Source of the DNA: Eledone cirrhosa
Lineage: Eukaryota
Direction of reading: 5' to 3'
Length of the DNA: 64,000 nt
Assembly (NCBI GenBank): GCA_964016885.1
Contig: OZ024756.1
Span: 40,114,001-40,178,000, forward strand
Made by a program: the position numbers and the translations under genes
Shown here: positions 11,711-26,827 of the stretch, one piece after another
Layout of the letters: every line of letters starts with the position of its first letter
How positions within the stretch are numbered: the first letter of the stretch is position 1
Notes under the pieces: model-generated
Databases searched by the model: none
What the model saw: the letters and a program-made list of their open reading frames with translations, nothing else
Told to the model about the DNA's origin: nothing

Positions 11711-13398
11711 TATATATATATACGTACTCTACGTGTGTGTGTATATATATATATATCATCATCATCGTTTAACATCGTTTCCATGTTAGCATGGGTTAGA
11801 TGGGTTGTCCCATTTGAGGCAAGTTGAGTCATGTGACCATGTCTTGCTCATATGGAACTGCTTCTGGCTAGATTTCTACAGCTGGATGCCCTTCCTAACG
11901 CCAACCACATTTACAGTGTGTGCTGGGTACTTTTTGTTGTGACTCCTACACGACCACTTTAGAGTCTGAGCTGGGCGCTTTCTTGTAATATTACCTATAA
12001 GACCACTTTACAGTGTATATGTATGGATAGTATACATATATATATGTGTGTGTGTGTGTGTATAGTATAGTATATATGTACAGATAAATTAATAATTAAT
12101 AAAGAGAAAATTCAAACCAAGATTAAACTCACTGGCAACGTAATTTTTCAACATTAAAGGAAGGTAGAGTTGCGCCCCTTGTCAGCGATTAAATTTTTTT
12201 TACACACAAGCGACGAAAACATCAGTTGTATCCCTTACTTTAGCAAGGACAGAAGCGACCTAAAATAATGTGGACAAGAATCAGCATGCAGGAGTTATAA
12301 TGAACAAATAATTTAACGCAATAATAAATGTTTTGATAATCCAAAGCGGAGAAAGCAGACTTTGCTAACATCGATTTTTGTACATGCTATAAAGATCCTT
12401 TATATATAAATATATACCCCCCCACTGCGTTTTAATTAGTTTGGCCATTGAATGCGATCAGACTTATTCCTGACTATGTACAGTTATTTACAATTGTAAG
12501 GTTGCGAGATCATTTCTTGATTGCGTGATGCATAGTCCTTAAGCAAGACACATTATTTCACGTTGCTCCAGTTCACTCAGCTGTAGAAATGAGTTGCGAC
12601 ATCACTTGTGCCAAGCTGATCGACCTTTGCCGGACTTGTGCCTCGGAGGGGAACTTTCTAGGTTCAAATCCCACAGTCATTCGTGACCGAAAGGGGGGGG
12701 GGGGGTCTTTGGCCATATACACACACACACAGAGGGTATCCCCCAAAAATGTATACACACTTTGATTACCTGTACAGGCAATATTTATTAGAATACTGAT
12801 GAAATGTGTATACATTTTTGGGAACACCCTATATGTATATAAATATATATATGCGTGTGCGTGTGTGTGTGGATTTGGGTCTTTTGTGGATGGTCTAGCT
12901 TTCTTTCCAGAGACAAGTTTCTCATCCAGTTAACAATTTTGCTCTAGAAGGGGTAGAAGACAGAAAATTCCTACACGATAAAGCTTTAGAGTAGCATTGG
13001 GGGAGGGGTTTTCTCAATATCACTTTCATCGCTGTGAAGGAATAAGTGATAAAAGATGCCAAAGGTGACCCAAGACAGCAGGCGTCTGGTTCCAAATGCA
13101 AGTAAATCTAATGCCAGAAACCTTTAGCATTTAAACCGGCCAGAATTCTATCACATCTTTCTGTCCAAACCGGTTGTAACTTGCCACTCATACTAATGTT
13201 AAGGTATTGTTCTCAAAATCTCATAGATTCAATATTATGTGGGATAAAGGCTTTACTGTGAAAATACAATAGTATATATAGAGTAATGTGAATGCTAAAG
13301 GGCTAAACAAACTTCCAGTTTGATTTCCTCTCAGGTCATGTTCCCTTAGCCTTAATCTTCTTGGACACAATATAGCAGGGCAATAATTGATAAGCTGA

Positions 13399-13435
<37 letters not shown>

Positions 13436-15544
13436 CAGCAAAAAATGCACATAGAAAAACAGTTACATAAGATAAACTGACAACTGCATCTCTACCTCAT
13501 CAACTACTTTGCTTGCATGCAATTCTGTGCATTGCATAAGCATGTATACACACATTCAGAATTTGAAAGCAAATATTGCAAATGAAGAAGCAAAATTAGT
13601 TATGAACAAACAGTTTATTTAAACTTGAAATAGAGATAATGGCTATCGTAGTCATTGTTATTTGTGATGGTTGTAGTAGTAGTATTGTTGTTTGAAGTCA
13701 TGGTAGTAGTAGTAGTAGTAGTCGTACCAGTTCAGCAGAGTCCTAAGACTTGTTACTTATAAAGTTAGTGAGTAGGAAATTGTATGGTGGAATCTTCTTC
13801 GAATATGTATGTATGTATGGACTCATCCCTCCTGAAGGAGTCAGAAGTGTGCCATAAGTCATGGGCAATTTAAATCTGGTGGAGCCCATCCCCTTTCCAG
13901 GTTTGACGACAGCCAATACCTTTCAGAAAAGGAGAGAGAGGGATAGAGGAAGTGAGAAAGAGATATACACGAAGAATCGACTGCAGTACTGGACTGGTAC
14001 TTTTTTTTTTTCATCAACCTCGAAAGGATGAAAAGTAAAATTGACCGTGATGGGATTTGAACTCAGAGAGCAAACAGTCGGACCAAATTACGCAAAGCAT
14101 TCTAAGGACTCAGCCAAATTGCTGCCTCTTCTTTGAGTAACAGCTTTAAATAAACAGAATACATTAAAAATCCCTCCCAACCCTGCCACAGAAATAGGAA
14201 AGGTGGGGAAGGAATTTAAAAAATTCCAGATGACAAATTGGTGAGTTAAACATAGCTGTGTTAATTTAAAGTTCAAAGTCTCTCTCAAACATAGGCTAAG
14301 CACCCTGGAGCTTATCTCATTTTCACTGCTGTTAACTTATTTGCAGTTGTGTAATTGTTGTCCCAGAGTGGGCCAAACTGGCTCCAACAAGTGAATCCAC
14401 ACAGAAGCCACCCATGCCTGTCAGGATTCCAATGGGAGACACAATATATGCAAGAGCCATTGATGTGTGTACAAGACTCCTCCCTGGTTACTGATACACA
14501 TTTCTTTACAGCTGAGTTGGCTAGAGCAATGTAGCCAGGAATTGAACCCATGACATTACCACCTTGAGTTCAACCAAACAATTAAGCCATGGCCATTCTC
14601 AAACATGGGTCTAATTAGGGTCAATTTGAATATTCATCAACGACATGTTCTTTTCTGAAACCAGCCACAGGATCTATTTTCACAGAAGAGATGGAGTGGG
14701 GCTATAATAGTTAATTAAATTAGTCCCAGTATATAACTGGTGTGTACGTATCTGGTTTAGAATAGGGACACTATATCCCTGCGCGTTCTAAGAGGCAACA
14801 AAAAGGGTTCATGCTTGGAAGGGAATCCAGCTGTAAAACATTGCCTCAAAAAGAATACAATAAGATTGTCATGGGGCCGCAAGGCTAACAGCCTTAAAAT
14901 GTTTGTTGTGGTGTGTATGTGTGTACAGGGTGTCCCCCACTTCAATTAGAATACTGTTGAAGTGTGTATCCATGTTTTGGGGACACCCTGTATATATTGC
15001 TGTATGAATGTGGTTTGGTATAGGGCTAGGGTTGGCACCAGGAAGAGCCTCCAGCTGTAGAACGTTGCCTCAAAAAAGCCCTCATGATGAGTATGAAGTC
15101 TATAATGAATTATATATGACCACCTCCAGCTTCAGCAGTGAAAGTTACTTCAAAACACTTGTTTTTTGTTGTTGCAAGTATATTACTGGTACTTATCTTT
15201 CTGATCATTGACAGATGAAATCTAAAAGGCAATTCAAGTGAGATTTGATCTCAAAACCTAGAGATGAAATGAAATGCCAATTATCTAGTTTGTTGCTCCC
15301 CTCACCACCTCTCTTAGATGATAAACAATGATTTCTAATTTAAGCCCAAGGCCAACAATTCAGGTCAGAGGGAAACAGTTGATTAAATTGACCCCAAACA
15401 CATGACAGGTACTTCATTTTAAAGATCCCGGAAGGATTAAAGGCAAAGTTGATCTCGGTGGGATTTGAACTCAATGTAGACAGCCGTAACAAATACTGCA
15501 AGGCATTTTGTCTGACTCACTCACAACTCCCCCAAAACATTAAT

Positions 15545-15770
15545 AATGATTTTTGATTTAGGCACAAGGCCAGCAATTTTGGGGAAGAGGAAAATTTATT
15601 AAATCAACCCCAGTGCATTACTGGTGCTTTATTTTATTGACCCCGTAAGAATGAAAGGCAAAGCTAATCACGGTGGGATTTGAACTCAGAACGTAAAGGG
15701 CCATAACTATACTGCGAAGCATGGTGTCCAACGCTCTGCCGATTCTGCCAATCGCCCACCCTTGCCAATT
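15545..15770 (-). mobile_element. Abundant tRNA-derived SINE with central GCCTTTCATCCTT..GGGGTCGATAAAATAAAGTACCAG domain (Meta-domain-like) and (ATT)n tail
   Basis: Recurring at about 9690-9830, 15330-15540, 16560-16745, 20580-20705, 38000-38140, 40255-40425, 45430-46060 (three copies), 52880-53020 and 62465-62640; B box GAGTTCAAATCC. Confidence 0.7.
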
Positions 15771-15910
15771 CATTAATAATAACAATAATAATAATAACAA
15801 GCCTGATGTTAATGACAGTGACAGTGATTTATAAGGTAGGAATAAAGACCCAATTATTTTCTATTTTATTCCACCATTGAATCAGAAAGTTGTGGAATTC
15901 AAGTCATTTC

Positions 15911-15948
<38 letters not shown>

Positions 15949-16135
15949 CGAATTTATTTTGCAATAAGTGAAATAGTTCTGACTGGGAATTGAAATCAGG
16001 TGAAAACTTGAGGACTTACCACCACACCAAGTATAATTAATGGTTTCTAATTTAGGAACAAGGCCAACAATTTAGGGGACAGAGAGGAAAGTTGATTACA
16101 TTGACACCCCCACTTCCACCTACTACTTGACTGGT

Positions 16136-16421
16136 CTAAAGTCTGTCTTAAGCCATTTAAGGCTCGTTAGGCTGGTGCTTATACCGGTTTCATGGCTTGA
16201 AGCAACACAGTACACGGCTCCCCCTACTGGACAGGACGCCAGTCCACCACAGGTTTAAATCCCCCAGCTATTACTGGTACTCATTTTCAGCTGAGTATAC
16301 TGGAGCAACATGAAATGAAGTGTTTTATCAAGAACACAACAAGCAACCCAGCCCAGGAATCGAACCCACAACATTATGATCGTAAGTCCAACACCCTTAC
16401 CACTAGGCCACGTGCCTCCAG
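16136..16421 (-). mobile_element. Full-length tRNA-derived SINE nested in another SINE
   Basis: A box TGGCCTAGTGG and B box GGTTCGATTCC; central TCTTGATAAAACACTTCATTTCATGTTGCTCCAGTATACTCAGCTG; 8-bp duplication TGACTGGT at 16128-16135 and 16422-16429. Relatives at about 38972-39115, 12480-12700 and 55115-55400. Confidence 0.75.
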
Positions 16422-17631
16422 TGACTGGTACTTTATTCAATCGATCCTGGAAAGATGAAAAGCAAAGTTTGACCTCGGCAGGGTTTCAACTCAGAACCAG
16501 TACAAATACTGCAAGGCGCTGATGATTCTGGCAAATCCCCAACATTGCTACCAAATAATAATAATTGTTTCTACTTTGGGCACAAGGCCAGCAATTACCC
16601 AGTGCATTACTGGTACTTTATTCTATCGACCCCGTAAGGATGAAAGGCAAAGTCAACCTCGGCGGGATTTGAACTCAGATCGTAAAGGGACGTAACTATG
16701 CTGGAAAGCATGGCGTCCGACTCTCTACCGATACTGCCAATCTGGTTTCTTTATACTGCAAAGCATTTTGTCTGACTCACTCACAACTCTGCCAATACAT
16801 TGAATCAGAATATACCAAATAATAATAATAATAATAGTAGTTTCTAATTTAAGAACAAGGCCAGCAATCTTATATTTATTGGGAGAGGAGGTGGGGTTGA
16901 TTAAATTGAACCCTATTACTTGACTTGTACTTTATAATATCAACTCTGGAAGGATGAAAGGTGAAGTTGAGCATGGTAGGGGTTTGAACAACATAGTGAG
17001 CTGGGACAAATGCCACAAAGCATTTGCCCAACGCTCTGGTGTTGGTGAAGAGGAAAACAAAACCCAAAAGATGGCCACATCGACCCACCCGTGTCTAAAG
17101 GAGGCAGAGTTTGCTAGGTTTAATAAAAGTTTCTAATTTAAACACAGGCCAGCAATGTTAGGGGCAGCGGGGGGGGGGGGGGATTAAATCAACCCTAGTA
17201 TTTGACTGGTATTTTATTTTGCTGACCTCTCAGAGTCGACCATAGGTGGATTTTTTAAACAATAGCTACCCCTCCAGTACTAATAATGGGTGTGGTGATC
17301 AGGTACAACAACAACAGCATGAAGGAGGAAGAGATTACAGAAATCAGAAATGACATTGAGGAGACATCCCCCCCCCCCCCTCATCCCCATCCCACTAAGG
17401 TGGTAAAGAGGTTGGTTCTAGCGCAAAAAGAAAGATTTTGTCAGAAAAAGACAAAACATTTTATGGCAGGTCCCATTGCTGTTCTTCAGTTTCTCCTTCT
17501 CTATTGTATTGAGTTCATTTCGAAATAGATTCCACAAATATATGAAATGGCAGGGAGGTGTATGTGTATAAATATGTATGTATGTATGTATGTTCATACT
17601 TGTGTTTGTATCTGTAAGTATGTGTTCGTAA

Positions 17632-17665
<34 letters not shown>

Positions 17666-17666
17666 T

Positions 17667-17701
<35 letters not shown>

Positions 17702-17869
17702 ACACTCTCGCACATATCAAAATGTGTATATGTATGTGTATGTGTGTATACATATATATATATATATATATATGAATGCGTGCAGTCACGCACAGACAAA
17801 CTATTTGTTATTTAAATGGTTGGCAGTAGCTAGAAGAGAGACATTGTCATTCGTGAATCAGAACTTCAT

Positions 17870-19534
17870 TCATGCCTTAAAGCAAATGTCTTCCTGAGAT
17901 ATAACTGTTTGGTCTGCAGAGGTCTGTGTTGTTGCATGGCTCTGGGGAAAATGGACCTGTAAATCGGTGTGAGTGAAAATGGCATTGTTGTTTTCAAAGG
18001 TGACCACTTGGGTAACCTGTTGTTGTTGCTGTTGCTGCTGCTGTTGTTCAATGGCAGCTGCATAAGCGTTTATGTTTGGCTCCATTGACATACCATCCTG
18101 ACTGTGACTACCATCATAGTTAGTGGTTGCTTGCTCAACAATCTCCACCTTCCTCTCGATGGTCGGCAGATACTCAATTGAGGGCTTCTCTTCGTGTTCC
18201 ACAACCCTTATGATGGGTTTCACATCCGGCACTGCCTGGGTCTGGCAGTTCAGGATCGTAGTTGTTGAGGTCGGTCTGGTGTTGTTGTTGTTGTTGGTGT
18301 TATTGTTGTTGCTCTGGTTCAGCAATGTCTTATTGCACACGTCGCAGCTAATCGTTGGAATCTCCGCCCCGTTACCTGTGCTGTGCGTTCGAATGTGAAC
18401 GGTGAGACTGTCTGAGCGGGTGAAAGTCTTGCGACAATATTCACAGCTAAAGGCAGCTATAGCGGCAACGGGGTTCCCAGAACTGTTAGCACCACCTGCA
18501 GCTGCAGCAGCTGCTGCTGCCACTGCTACTGCAACCTTATTGCTATCACCAGCTGTCACCAGGGTAGGTGTACTGTTAGTGGTGGTGACAAGTGTGGTAT
18601 GGTTACGCAGATGCCAGTTGAGGCTGTTGGCATTGTTGAAAGTCTCCGTGCAATACTGGCATTGGTAAGCTTTCTCCATGTTGCTGTGTTTCTGGCTCTT
18701 GTGCACCAACAGTGATGCAGCGTCGACAAATGTCTTCTTGCAGAACTCGCATATGCACAGAAGTTGCAGCTGTGTAGCATCTGTAGTGGTGATGGTGCCA
18801 TCAGAGATGTTAACTGAAGCTGTAGTAGCAGGGGTTATGACACTTGTGTTGGCATGCTTCTTCCGATGTTTGGCAAGCACTCCTTGATCAGCAAAAGCCT
18901 TGTGACAGGTCTCGCAGGTATAAGGTCGGTTGTCACTGTGACTGCGAAAGTGCTGGCCTAGTTGAGATGCAAATGTAAACTTTTTCTTACAGATGTGGCA
19001 GGAAAAAGGTTTGTCCCCAGTGTGTGACCTGATGTGTGAGGTCAAGTTGGAGGAATGAGAAAAAGATTTGGCACAGTACTTGCAGCCATACGGCCTCTCA
19101 CCTACAAAAGAAAAGGAAAAAAACAAATGAAATAGAAAGAAAAACCAATTAGAGTTATATTCATGACTAACGAGGTCTCTATATACATTACTATTTCTAG
19201 ACAGTGCTCCAGCATGGTTGAAACTCAATGATTTGAAACTCAATGATTGGAAACAGTAACATGATACATAACAATGAAAATTTAATTACCTTTAGTGCAC
19301 ACACACACATATATACATAAGCATTCAATATATATATATATTACATATACACACATAAACATTCAATATATATACATATATATACACACATAAGCATTCA
19401 ATATATATACATATATATACACACACATAAGCATTCAATATATATACATATATATACACACAAGCATTCAATATATATACATATATATACACACAAGCAT
19501 TCAATATATATACATATATATACACACAAGCATT

Positions 19535-19574
<40 letters not shown>

Positions 19575-19729
19575 TAATATATATATACACACAATCATTC
19601 AATATATATATATACTTATATATACAAACACACACATAAGCATTCAATATATCAATATATATACATATATATATACATACATACATACATACACACACAC
19701 ATGTAAGCACACATACATACATAAGCATT

Positions 19730-19764
<35 letters not shown>

Positions 19765-22373
19765 ACATACATACACATGTCTTGTTAATACATCACTTGT
19801 TAATATGACATTTTGGTTGAGATTCTCATTATTAAGTTGGTGTTTGGAACAAAGGTTCATACATAAATATAAACACTTTTGTACCATATAACTATAAAAT
19901 ATAAAAATGTTGTACCATATAACTATAGAAGGGTGAAGATAATGATGGTTAATATTATTATTATTAATAATAGATATGAATGGGTTGAAGCAAGACAGGT
20001 GATTCTCTAAAGTTAGAAAAGGAGAATGAAGAACTGTGTTATGTGAAATCTACAAAAGCTCCCAAATGAAAGCCCTTCACAGAAGACTGGAAGAATGGCT
20101 TCTTATCTCACTCAACTTTCTACGACCCTTCAATTGCCATATTTCTAATGAAAGACATTGTCTCTGATTTTCAAATAATCAAGAATTTGAAAGGATTTAG
20201 AAATATAACTTGCTTTCCAGCATGGGCTGGACAGATATTTTTGAGGCAGTGTTTTACGGCATCATCTTTACATCAGCTATACCATGCTGGCATGGGCTGG
20301 ACAGATGTTTTTGAGGCAATGTTTTATGGCTAAATGCACTTCACCGCTTACCAAAAACCAAAGGTTACCATAAACAAACACTGTACCACAGAATAATATT
20401 ATAGATAGACCATGTCTGATAGTGTTAAAGCTTTACCAGTAGTTGTACCATAACAGAATAATATTATAGATAGACCATGTCTGATAGTGTTAAAGCTTTA
20501 CCAGTAGTTGTACCATAACAGAAAAATATTATAGATAGACCATGTCTGATAGTGTTAAAGCTTTACCAGTTGTACCATAATAATAATTGTTTCTACTTTT
20601 GGCACAAGGCCAGCAACTACCCAGTGCATTACTGGTACTTTATTTTATCGACCCCATAAGGATGAAAGGCAAACTTAACCTAAAACGGGATTTGAACTAA
20701 GAATAATAATATAGATAGACCATGTCTGATATTATTCTATAGTTTAAATTGTTTCATCCTTTATCATTTAAACCAGCGATATCTGGTCAGAATTCTCTCA
20801 CCTCTTTCTGTTCAAACCAGCCATAACTGGCCACTCATACCGATGTTAAGGTATTGTTCTCAAAATAAATAATATCAAAATCTCATAGATACAATAGTAT
20901 ATATAGAGTAATGTAAATGTTAAAGAGTTAACTCTAGATTGTTTCACTGCTTCGTGCATCTGTGTTTACGTTTACTGTTTGTCTTACAACTCAGTGGTTT
21001 AACAAGGCACCAATAAAATACTGGGGTCAATATGATTAACTAAATCCCTTCAAAGCTGTAGTCAAATGACTGAAGACAGTAAATAAATAAAAGAATGTAT
21101 TTAAACAGTCAGAGCTATGCCCCTCTGTGTATCTGGTATAGAATAATTACACTATATCCTAGGTACACCATAAAAATCATCAAAAAGGACATCCAGCTGT
21201 AAAACATTGCCTCAAAAACGACCCTATGATGTGTATGAAGTTTACCATAGACCCTATGATGTGTATGAAGTTTACCATAGACCCTATGATGTGTATGACG
21301 TCTACTATAGACCCTATGATGTATATGATGTCTACTATAGACCCTAAGATGTATATGATGTCTACTATAGACCCTGCAAAGGGAAATGGACACAATCCTT
21401 TTGTTACCATGTCAAATGATTTTCATATTTTGAAAATGAATATCTCATTTTAAGCTGGTATTTGGAACATAATGATGGAAGGTTTTTAGATAAATATAAA
21501 CACTTTAAAACAAACAGTTTTGTATCATATGGTATTTTGAAAACCTTTGTGGGGTTTGCTATGTTTGGAAGGGCACCTGACCATAGAAAAACCAACCTCA
21601 GAAAGTCATGTCCAACTCATCTAGTATCATAGAACCAGGGGCAGTTTGGTATCAAAAGGGTTAAATAATTCCTGTATTTGACTGCCATCCATGTTTTTGT
21701 TTTGTCCATGGTCAAATCGACCCGATTCACCCCATTTGGCACCAAATCACTTGAAACTGCTCCTGGTTTTTTATTTCTAAGCCGTTTATTTTTGTATAAA
21801 AACCTTCCATTGTAATTCTAGGTAAAAACCATTGATATATTTACAACACCAGCTCCTTAATGAGATTTAATCATATTAAAGAATCCCTCAAAATTCTTTA
21901 TTATTCTCAAAATCATCAGCAGCGTCTGCTAACAAGAGGTTAGCTCTTTTGTTATATTTCTAACAAAAGGTACTACCATTAATTTCTAATTGATTTTGAA
22001 AATAATCAAGAATTTTGAGAGACTTAGTAATATAATTAAATTTCTCATTATTAAGCTGGTTTTTGAAACATAACAAAAATTCTGATATAAAATAAGAAAA
22101 ATAGGATTGAGAGAATATTTACCTGTGTGTGTCCGTCTGTGATTAGTAAGATTCCAAGACTTGGCAAAGGCCTTGTGACACGTTTCACAGTGATAAGGAC
22201 GCTCACCTGTATGGATGCGACGATGGGAGGTTAGGTTCCATGATTTTGCAAACGTTTTCTTGCAGAAATCACAAACAAAGGGTCTCTCACCAGTGTGTAA
22301 TCGCCGGTGAGATGTTAGGTTGGAATTCTTGGAAAAAGTTTTTTGGCAATATTCACACTCAAATGGTCGATGT

Positions 22374-22407
<34 letters not shown>

Positions 22408-22675
22408 CATTATCGGTAGAAACTATATTGTCAGCCTCATCAGCTGGTGATATGACACTGTGGTTGTTGTGGTGGCTGTTGTCGTTAATTGCTGCAGCTA
22501 CTGCTGCAGAAGAGACTGCGATTGTTGCAATTGTAGTTCCTGCTGATGATCCTGCAGTAGTGTTCGCCGTGCTCACGGCTTCATGTAATATTGCTGGGTA
22601 AGCAAATGCAGGGTTGCAAGTGTCCCAAGTAAACTGAGCCTGGGGCTGCTGTTTTTCGGCAGTTTGTAGCTCCAT
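17870..22675 (-). CDS. C2H2 zinc-finger transcription factor, about 594 aa, 9 fingers plus one degenerate finger, polyQ/polyA/polyN tracts
   Basis: Two coding exons 22123-22675 and 17870-19101 joined by a phase-1 GT-AG intron inside the HT G|ERP linker. Repeated CxxC-x12-HxxxH with TGERP/TGDKP linkers; the last CDVC has no His pair. Confidence 0.9.
19305..19760. repeat. About 30-bp TA/CA-derived minisatellite
   Basis: Unit AAGCATTCAATATATATACATATATATACACAC. Confidence 0.9.
20382..20582. repeat. 66-bp tandem repeat, 3 copies plus a displaced partial copy at about 20701-20731
   Basis: Unit AGAATAATATTATAGATAGACCATGTCTGATAGTGTTAAAGCTTTACCAGTAGTTGTACCATAAC, interrupted by a SINE. Confidence 0.9.
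21220..21376. repeat. 30-bp minisatellite, 5 copies
   Basis: Unit GACCCTATGATGTGTATGAAGTTTACCATA. Confidence 0.9.
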
Positions 22676-23842
22676 TTTCTTTTATTTAATTTAACTCAAT
22701 AAGCTTACCACCAATAGTAATAATAATAATAATAATATTTTCAAATTTAAGCACAAGGCCAGAATAACAATAATAATTTAGTTCTCCCAATTAAAAAGAG
22801 GTGGAGGCAAGTCCACAATTGTTTAAAAAAAGGAATGGGTTTTTATATATATATATATATATATATAAATGTAAGTGTGTGTGTATGTATATATACAGAA
22901 TAAATACAAGAGCTTTTAAAATACAGTTAATGTAGCTTAATAAATAAACATTACTGTTATGGACCCCACAAGAAAATTTTTTTTTTTCCCAGAGAAAAAT
23001 CAACAAACCAAACTTGGTTGTCAAGAATTTAGGAATTGAACTATCAAATGAAAAAATACCAAACTAACAAAACTAGGAATTCGATAATGGTATTTGGCAC
23101 AAACAAATATGTTTTCTTCTCAGCAAAATTGGAAAGGTGTGACAGTGTTGGTAGTTCTTTAATAGCCAAAAATGGAATAGTGTTGAGCAGGAACGGTTGA
23201 GTGTAAATATCCGAAACAGATATGGTGGAATTACAGGAAACTGATAGTTTTTTGTTGTAGTTGTAGTTGTTGTTGGCAATAAATAAAACGGAAAGATCCT
23301 TATTGAGATTTGGAAAGCAACACATCGCAAAAGGTTGTGTTGTTATTGAGGAGAGAATGTGGGTGGAGGTGGTGGTGTGGGTGGCGAGTAAGGACAGGAA
23401 GTTTAATGGTTATAGTTATTACAACAACAGTTCAATAGTATTGATAGTGGTAGTGGTGGGAAGGAGGAGAGAGAAGTTGGATTTGTAGAAGAATCCATGT
23501 TGAAATATTGAGAAATTCAACAACGGAAGTTCATCTGGTAGTGTTCCATTAGATAGAGTGTATGTGTTTGTTATTGTTAGTCAAATACTTCTTGTTTATT
23601 GAAGTGGGTTGTTTCCTTTTCACTCCCACTTGCAGAATCTTGTAGCCATTTAGTTCTTAGAATGTGGAAGAAATGCTGGAAATAGAAAAAGAAATTAAAT
23701 TTAATCATCATCATATGTTTTCCATGCTGGGATGGGTTGCGCCAGTCCAAGGTCAGGGAACTACATTTTCCCATATGTTATATGGTTTCTACAGTTAGTT
23801 GCTCTTCACAGAGTAGAGTGGACTGGGTGCATGTGATAATGT

Positions 23843-23879
<37 letters not shown>

Positions 23880-25518
23880 ACATGTCCCCCCTTAATATTG
23901 AGTTATGAGAATGTGACCACGGGGTCATGGAAGAGATTAATAATTTCCATTGAGGTCAAGTTAGTGTCTTGTTACTACAGATAAAGCTCAAGGCAAATGC
24001 GATGACAACATAGCTTTTAGTCATGTGTGAAGACTCCATAACTGATTTCAATCATGTGGGAGAGAATTGATGGATTGTTTGGTGAGGCTAATCAATTTAA
24101 CCCTTGCTAGCAGGTAAGATGGATGTTTAACAAGCTTGAGTATTCACTCAGTCTTAAGATTCGTCCATCCTTTGCTAACAGGGAAGATGGATGTTAAACA
24201 ATTATTTCCTGACATTTCAACCCATACTGGATAAACACCAACACAAGTACAAGTTCAACCACAGCCTTCTTCAGTTAGGAAACTGTTTGATGACTTAATA
24301 TATAACACAAACAGAACTGTGAGGAAACTAAAAATACCTATTTTCAACACAGATGTACACAAGTTTTCATAATCCAACTGAGTAATAATGAAAAAGTGTT
24401 AAAAATTGCCAACCAGACAACAGACTTAATACATAGAAATCTCTCTGCCATAAGCAATGAAACAGGATATAGACAACGATGAGATATATTTGAGAAAGTG
24501 AAAGAGATTGTTCATAATCCTAACGTCTTCACAGATCAGTGATAGTCTTAATCCATTACCTGCTTTAACACCACCACCTGGCCCTTAGTTGGTTTCAGAA
24601 GAGAAATCTACTCTGTTGCAAACATTCAAAACTGGTCTCCAGTTTCTGGATACCCCCCCCCCTCCTCCTAACAATCCCAAAGCCCTTGAAAAGGGTTGCC
24701 AGTATTGCCATACCCGCCTCTCTCCCTCCCACAAGCCCGAAAAGGGTCTTGAGCGTTTCCTTTCCCCTACCCATCAGTCCCAGATGCCCTGAAAAGAGTT
24801 ATGAGTACTGCCCTTCCGTTCCTCACTAGTTGTGTTGTATCCCCTTTAGAATAGGTACACCATAGCCTTGTATGTCATAAAGAATACCAAAAAGAACATC
24901 CAGTCATAAACCTTCTCAAAAACAACCCGATGGTTAATATATCTGTCATGGGGCCTGCATTGTGTGTGTGTGAGTGAGTGAGCCTGTGTCGTGTGTTTGT
25001 GTGTGTGTGTGAGTGAGCCTGTGTCGTGTGTTTGTGTGTATGTGAGCCTGTGTATATGATAATAAATACACAGAAAAGTCACAGCGGAAACATGACGGGG
25101 GAGGGGCTAGAAAACGATAAACCAAGATCGTGCTGTGCTCTATATATAAAAAGATATAAAACGGAAGAACTCACACACCCCTACCTACCTATATATATAT
25201 ATATAGGTGTGTGTGTATATATACACACCTACCTACCTATATTTATATATATATAGGTGTGAGTGTGTGTGTATACACACATACTAAACTGAGGGAACGT
25301 AACCCAACATGACGTTTGAGATGAGAATTGTGCCTAGGTTCTTCAGTTCACTTACAAACAACACACACATATATACATACATACACACACACACATATAT
25401 ATATACATACATACACACACAAATGTAAGGTATCAAATATGTTTGATTTTTGTGCTCCTCAATAAAAAAGCTCAATTGAAATATGTACCTTGTATGTATA
25501 CAATATATCGTGTATTCT

Positions 25519-25556
<38 letters not shown>

Positions 25557-25678
25557 CAAAGGACCATATAACATAATTTTGAATCATGTATATACTGGGG
25601 CGCCACCTTCATGAAATTAGGAAATATGGCAAGGAGGTACGAACTCTCGATTCCAAATTTACTACACTAGCGCTCTAA

Positions 25679-25727
<49 letters not shown>

Positions 25728-26680
25728 TCCCTTTTACATCTGGTCTTTCATGTATACACGAGTCGGACTAATATATATATATATATATACACACACATAT
25801 ATATACATACATATATATATATATATTACACACAACCTGAATAAACTTAACGAAAATTTAACACCTCGTCCATACTTATTATTAATTATATATAAAGATA
25901 TTGCGACAATATATGAAATAATGGTGTCGGATACGAATTTGTCAATAAATATGTATCACATTTTCTGCTTCTGTTGTGTTACATTTAATTCTTGTGATTA
26001 TTACAATATCAAATGTATTAATAAGAATGTTTTTTTGTTTGCAATGCTTCAACAAATAACAAAACCAACCAAACCAAACAACCATTTAAAAAGGAATAAT
26101 TATTTAATAAGAGATCTTGTTTAGCGTAACCACAGATACACATTAAAATAACTACGTATGTATTTAGGTGTGTGAAGAAATAGGTCCTTGGTTGATTTAA
26201 AAAAATGCACACAAAATTATTAATATGTTGGTGGAGGTAGTGGAGCTAGTGAAGTGTGTGTACTATTAGAGAGAGAGATATAAATGCAGAGATAGAAAGA
26301 AGAGATAAAAACGGCAGTAATTTCGTGTCCTAGATATTTTCATCTTGCTATCGATGTTAGGATACAATAAAATTGAGGGGGAGGGAACAACAAAAAACCG
26401 TAATACAAGGAGATCGAACCAGAAACAATTAAAATGAAATTAAGTTTTAAAAAATAGAATCTGTTTCTTTTTTGCTGTTCCTTTCCCTTCCTCTTCAAAT
26501 TTTTAAACAAACTAAAATGTTAAAACTAAATAAACGTATAGGAAATATCGGATGTGATAAAAATAACACAAGGGAAATTGTAATGATGGACATAATTGAT
26601 TGAACTGAAAGGATCAGTATATGCTTGGTACTTATTTTATCGATCCGTAATGTACGGCGGGAGGGGGTGCACTCAGAATG

Positions 26681-26715
<35 letters not shown>

Positions 26716-26778
26716 TTGGCATTTCATATTTAAAAAGTGTGGCCGGTTTTAAGTACAATACATAGAGAAATAACACAC

Positions 26779-26827
<49 letters not shown>

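Noticed and set aside
18123-18887. Plus-strand ORFs over the ZNF exon (also minus ORF 54557-55102)
   Set aside because: Antisense shadows of real coding exons.
24280-24545. Possible decayed coding fragment of a transposon or virus
   Set aside because: Interrupted by stops and I recognise no motif; it would need tBLASTx to assess.
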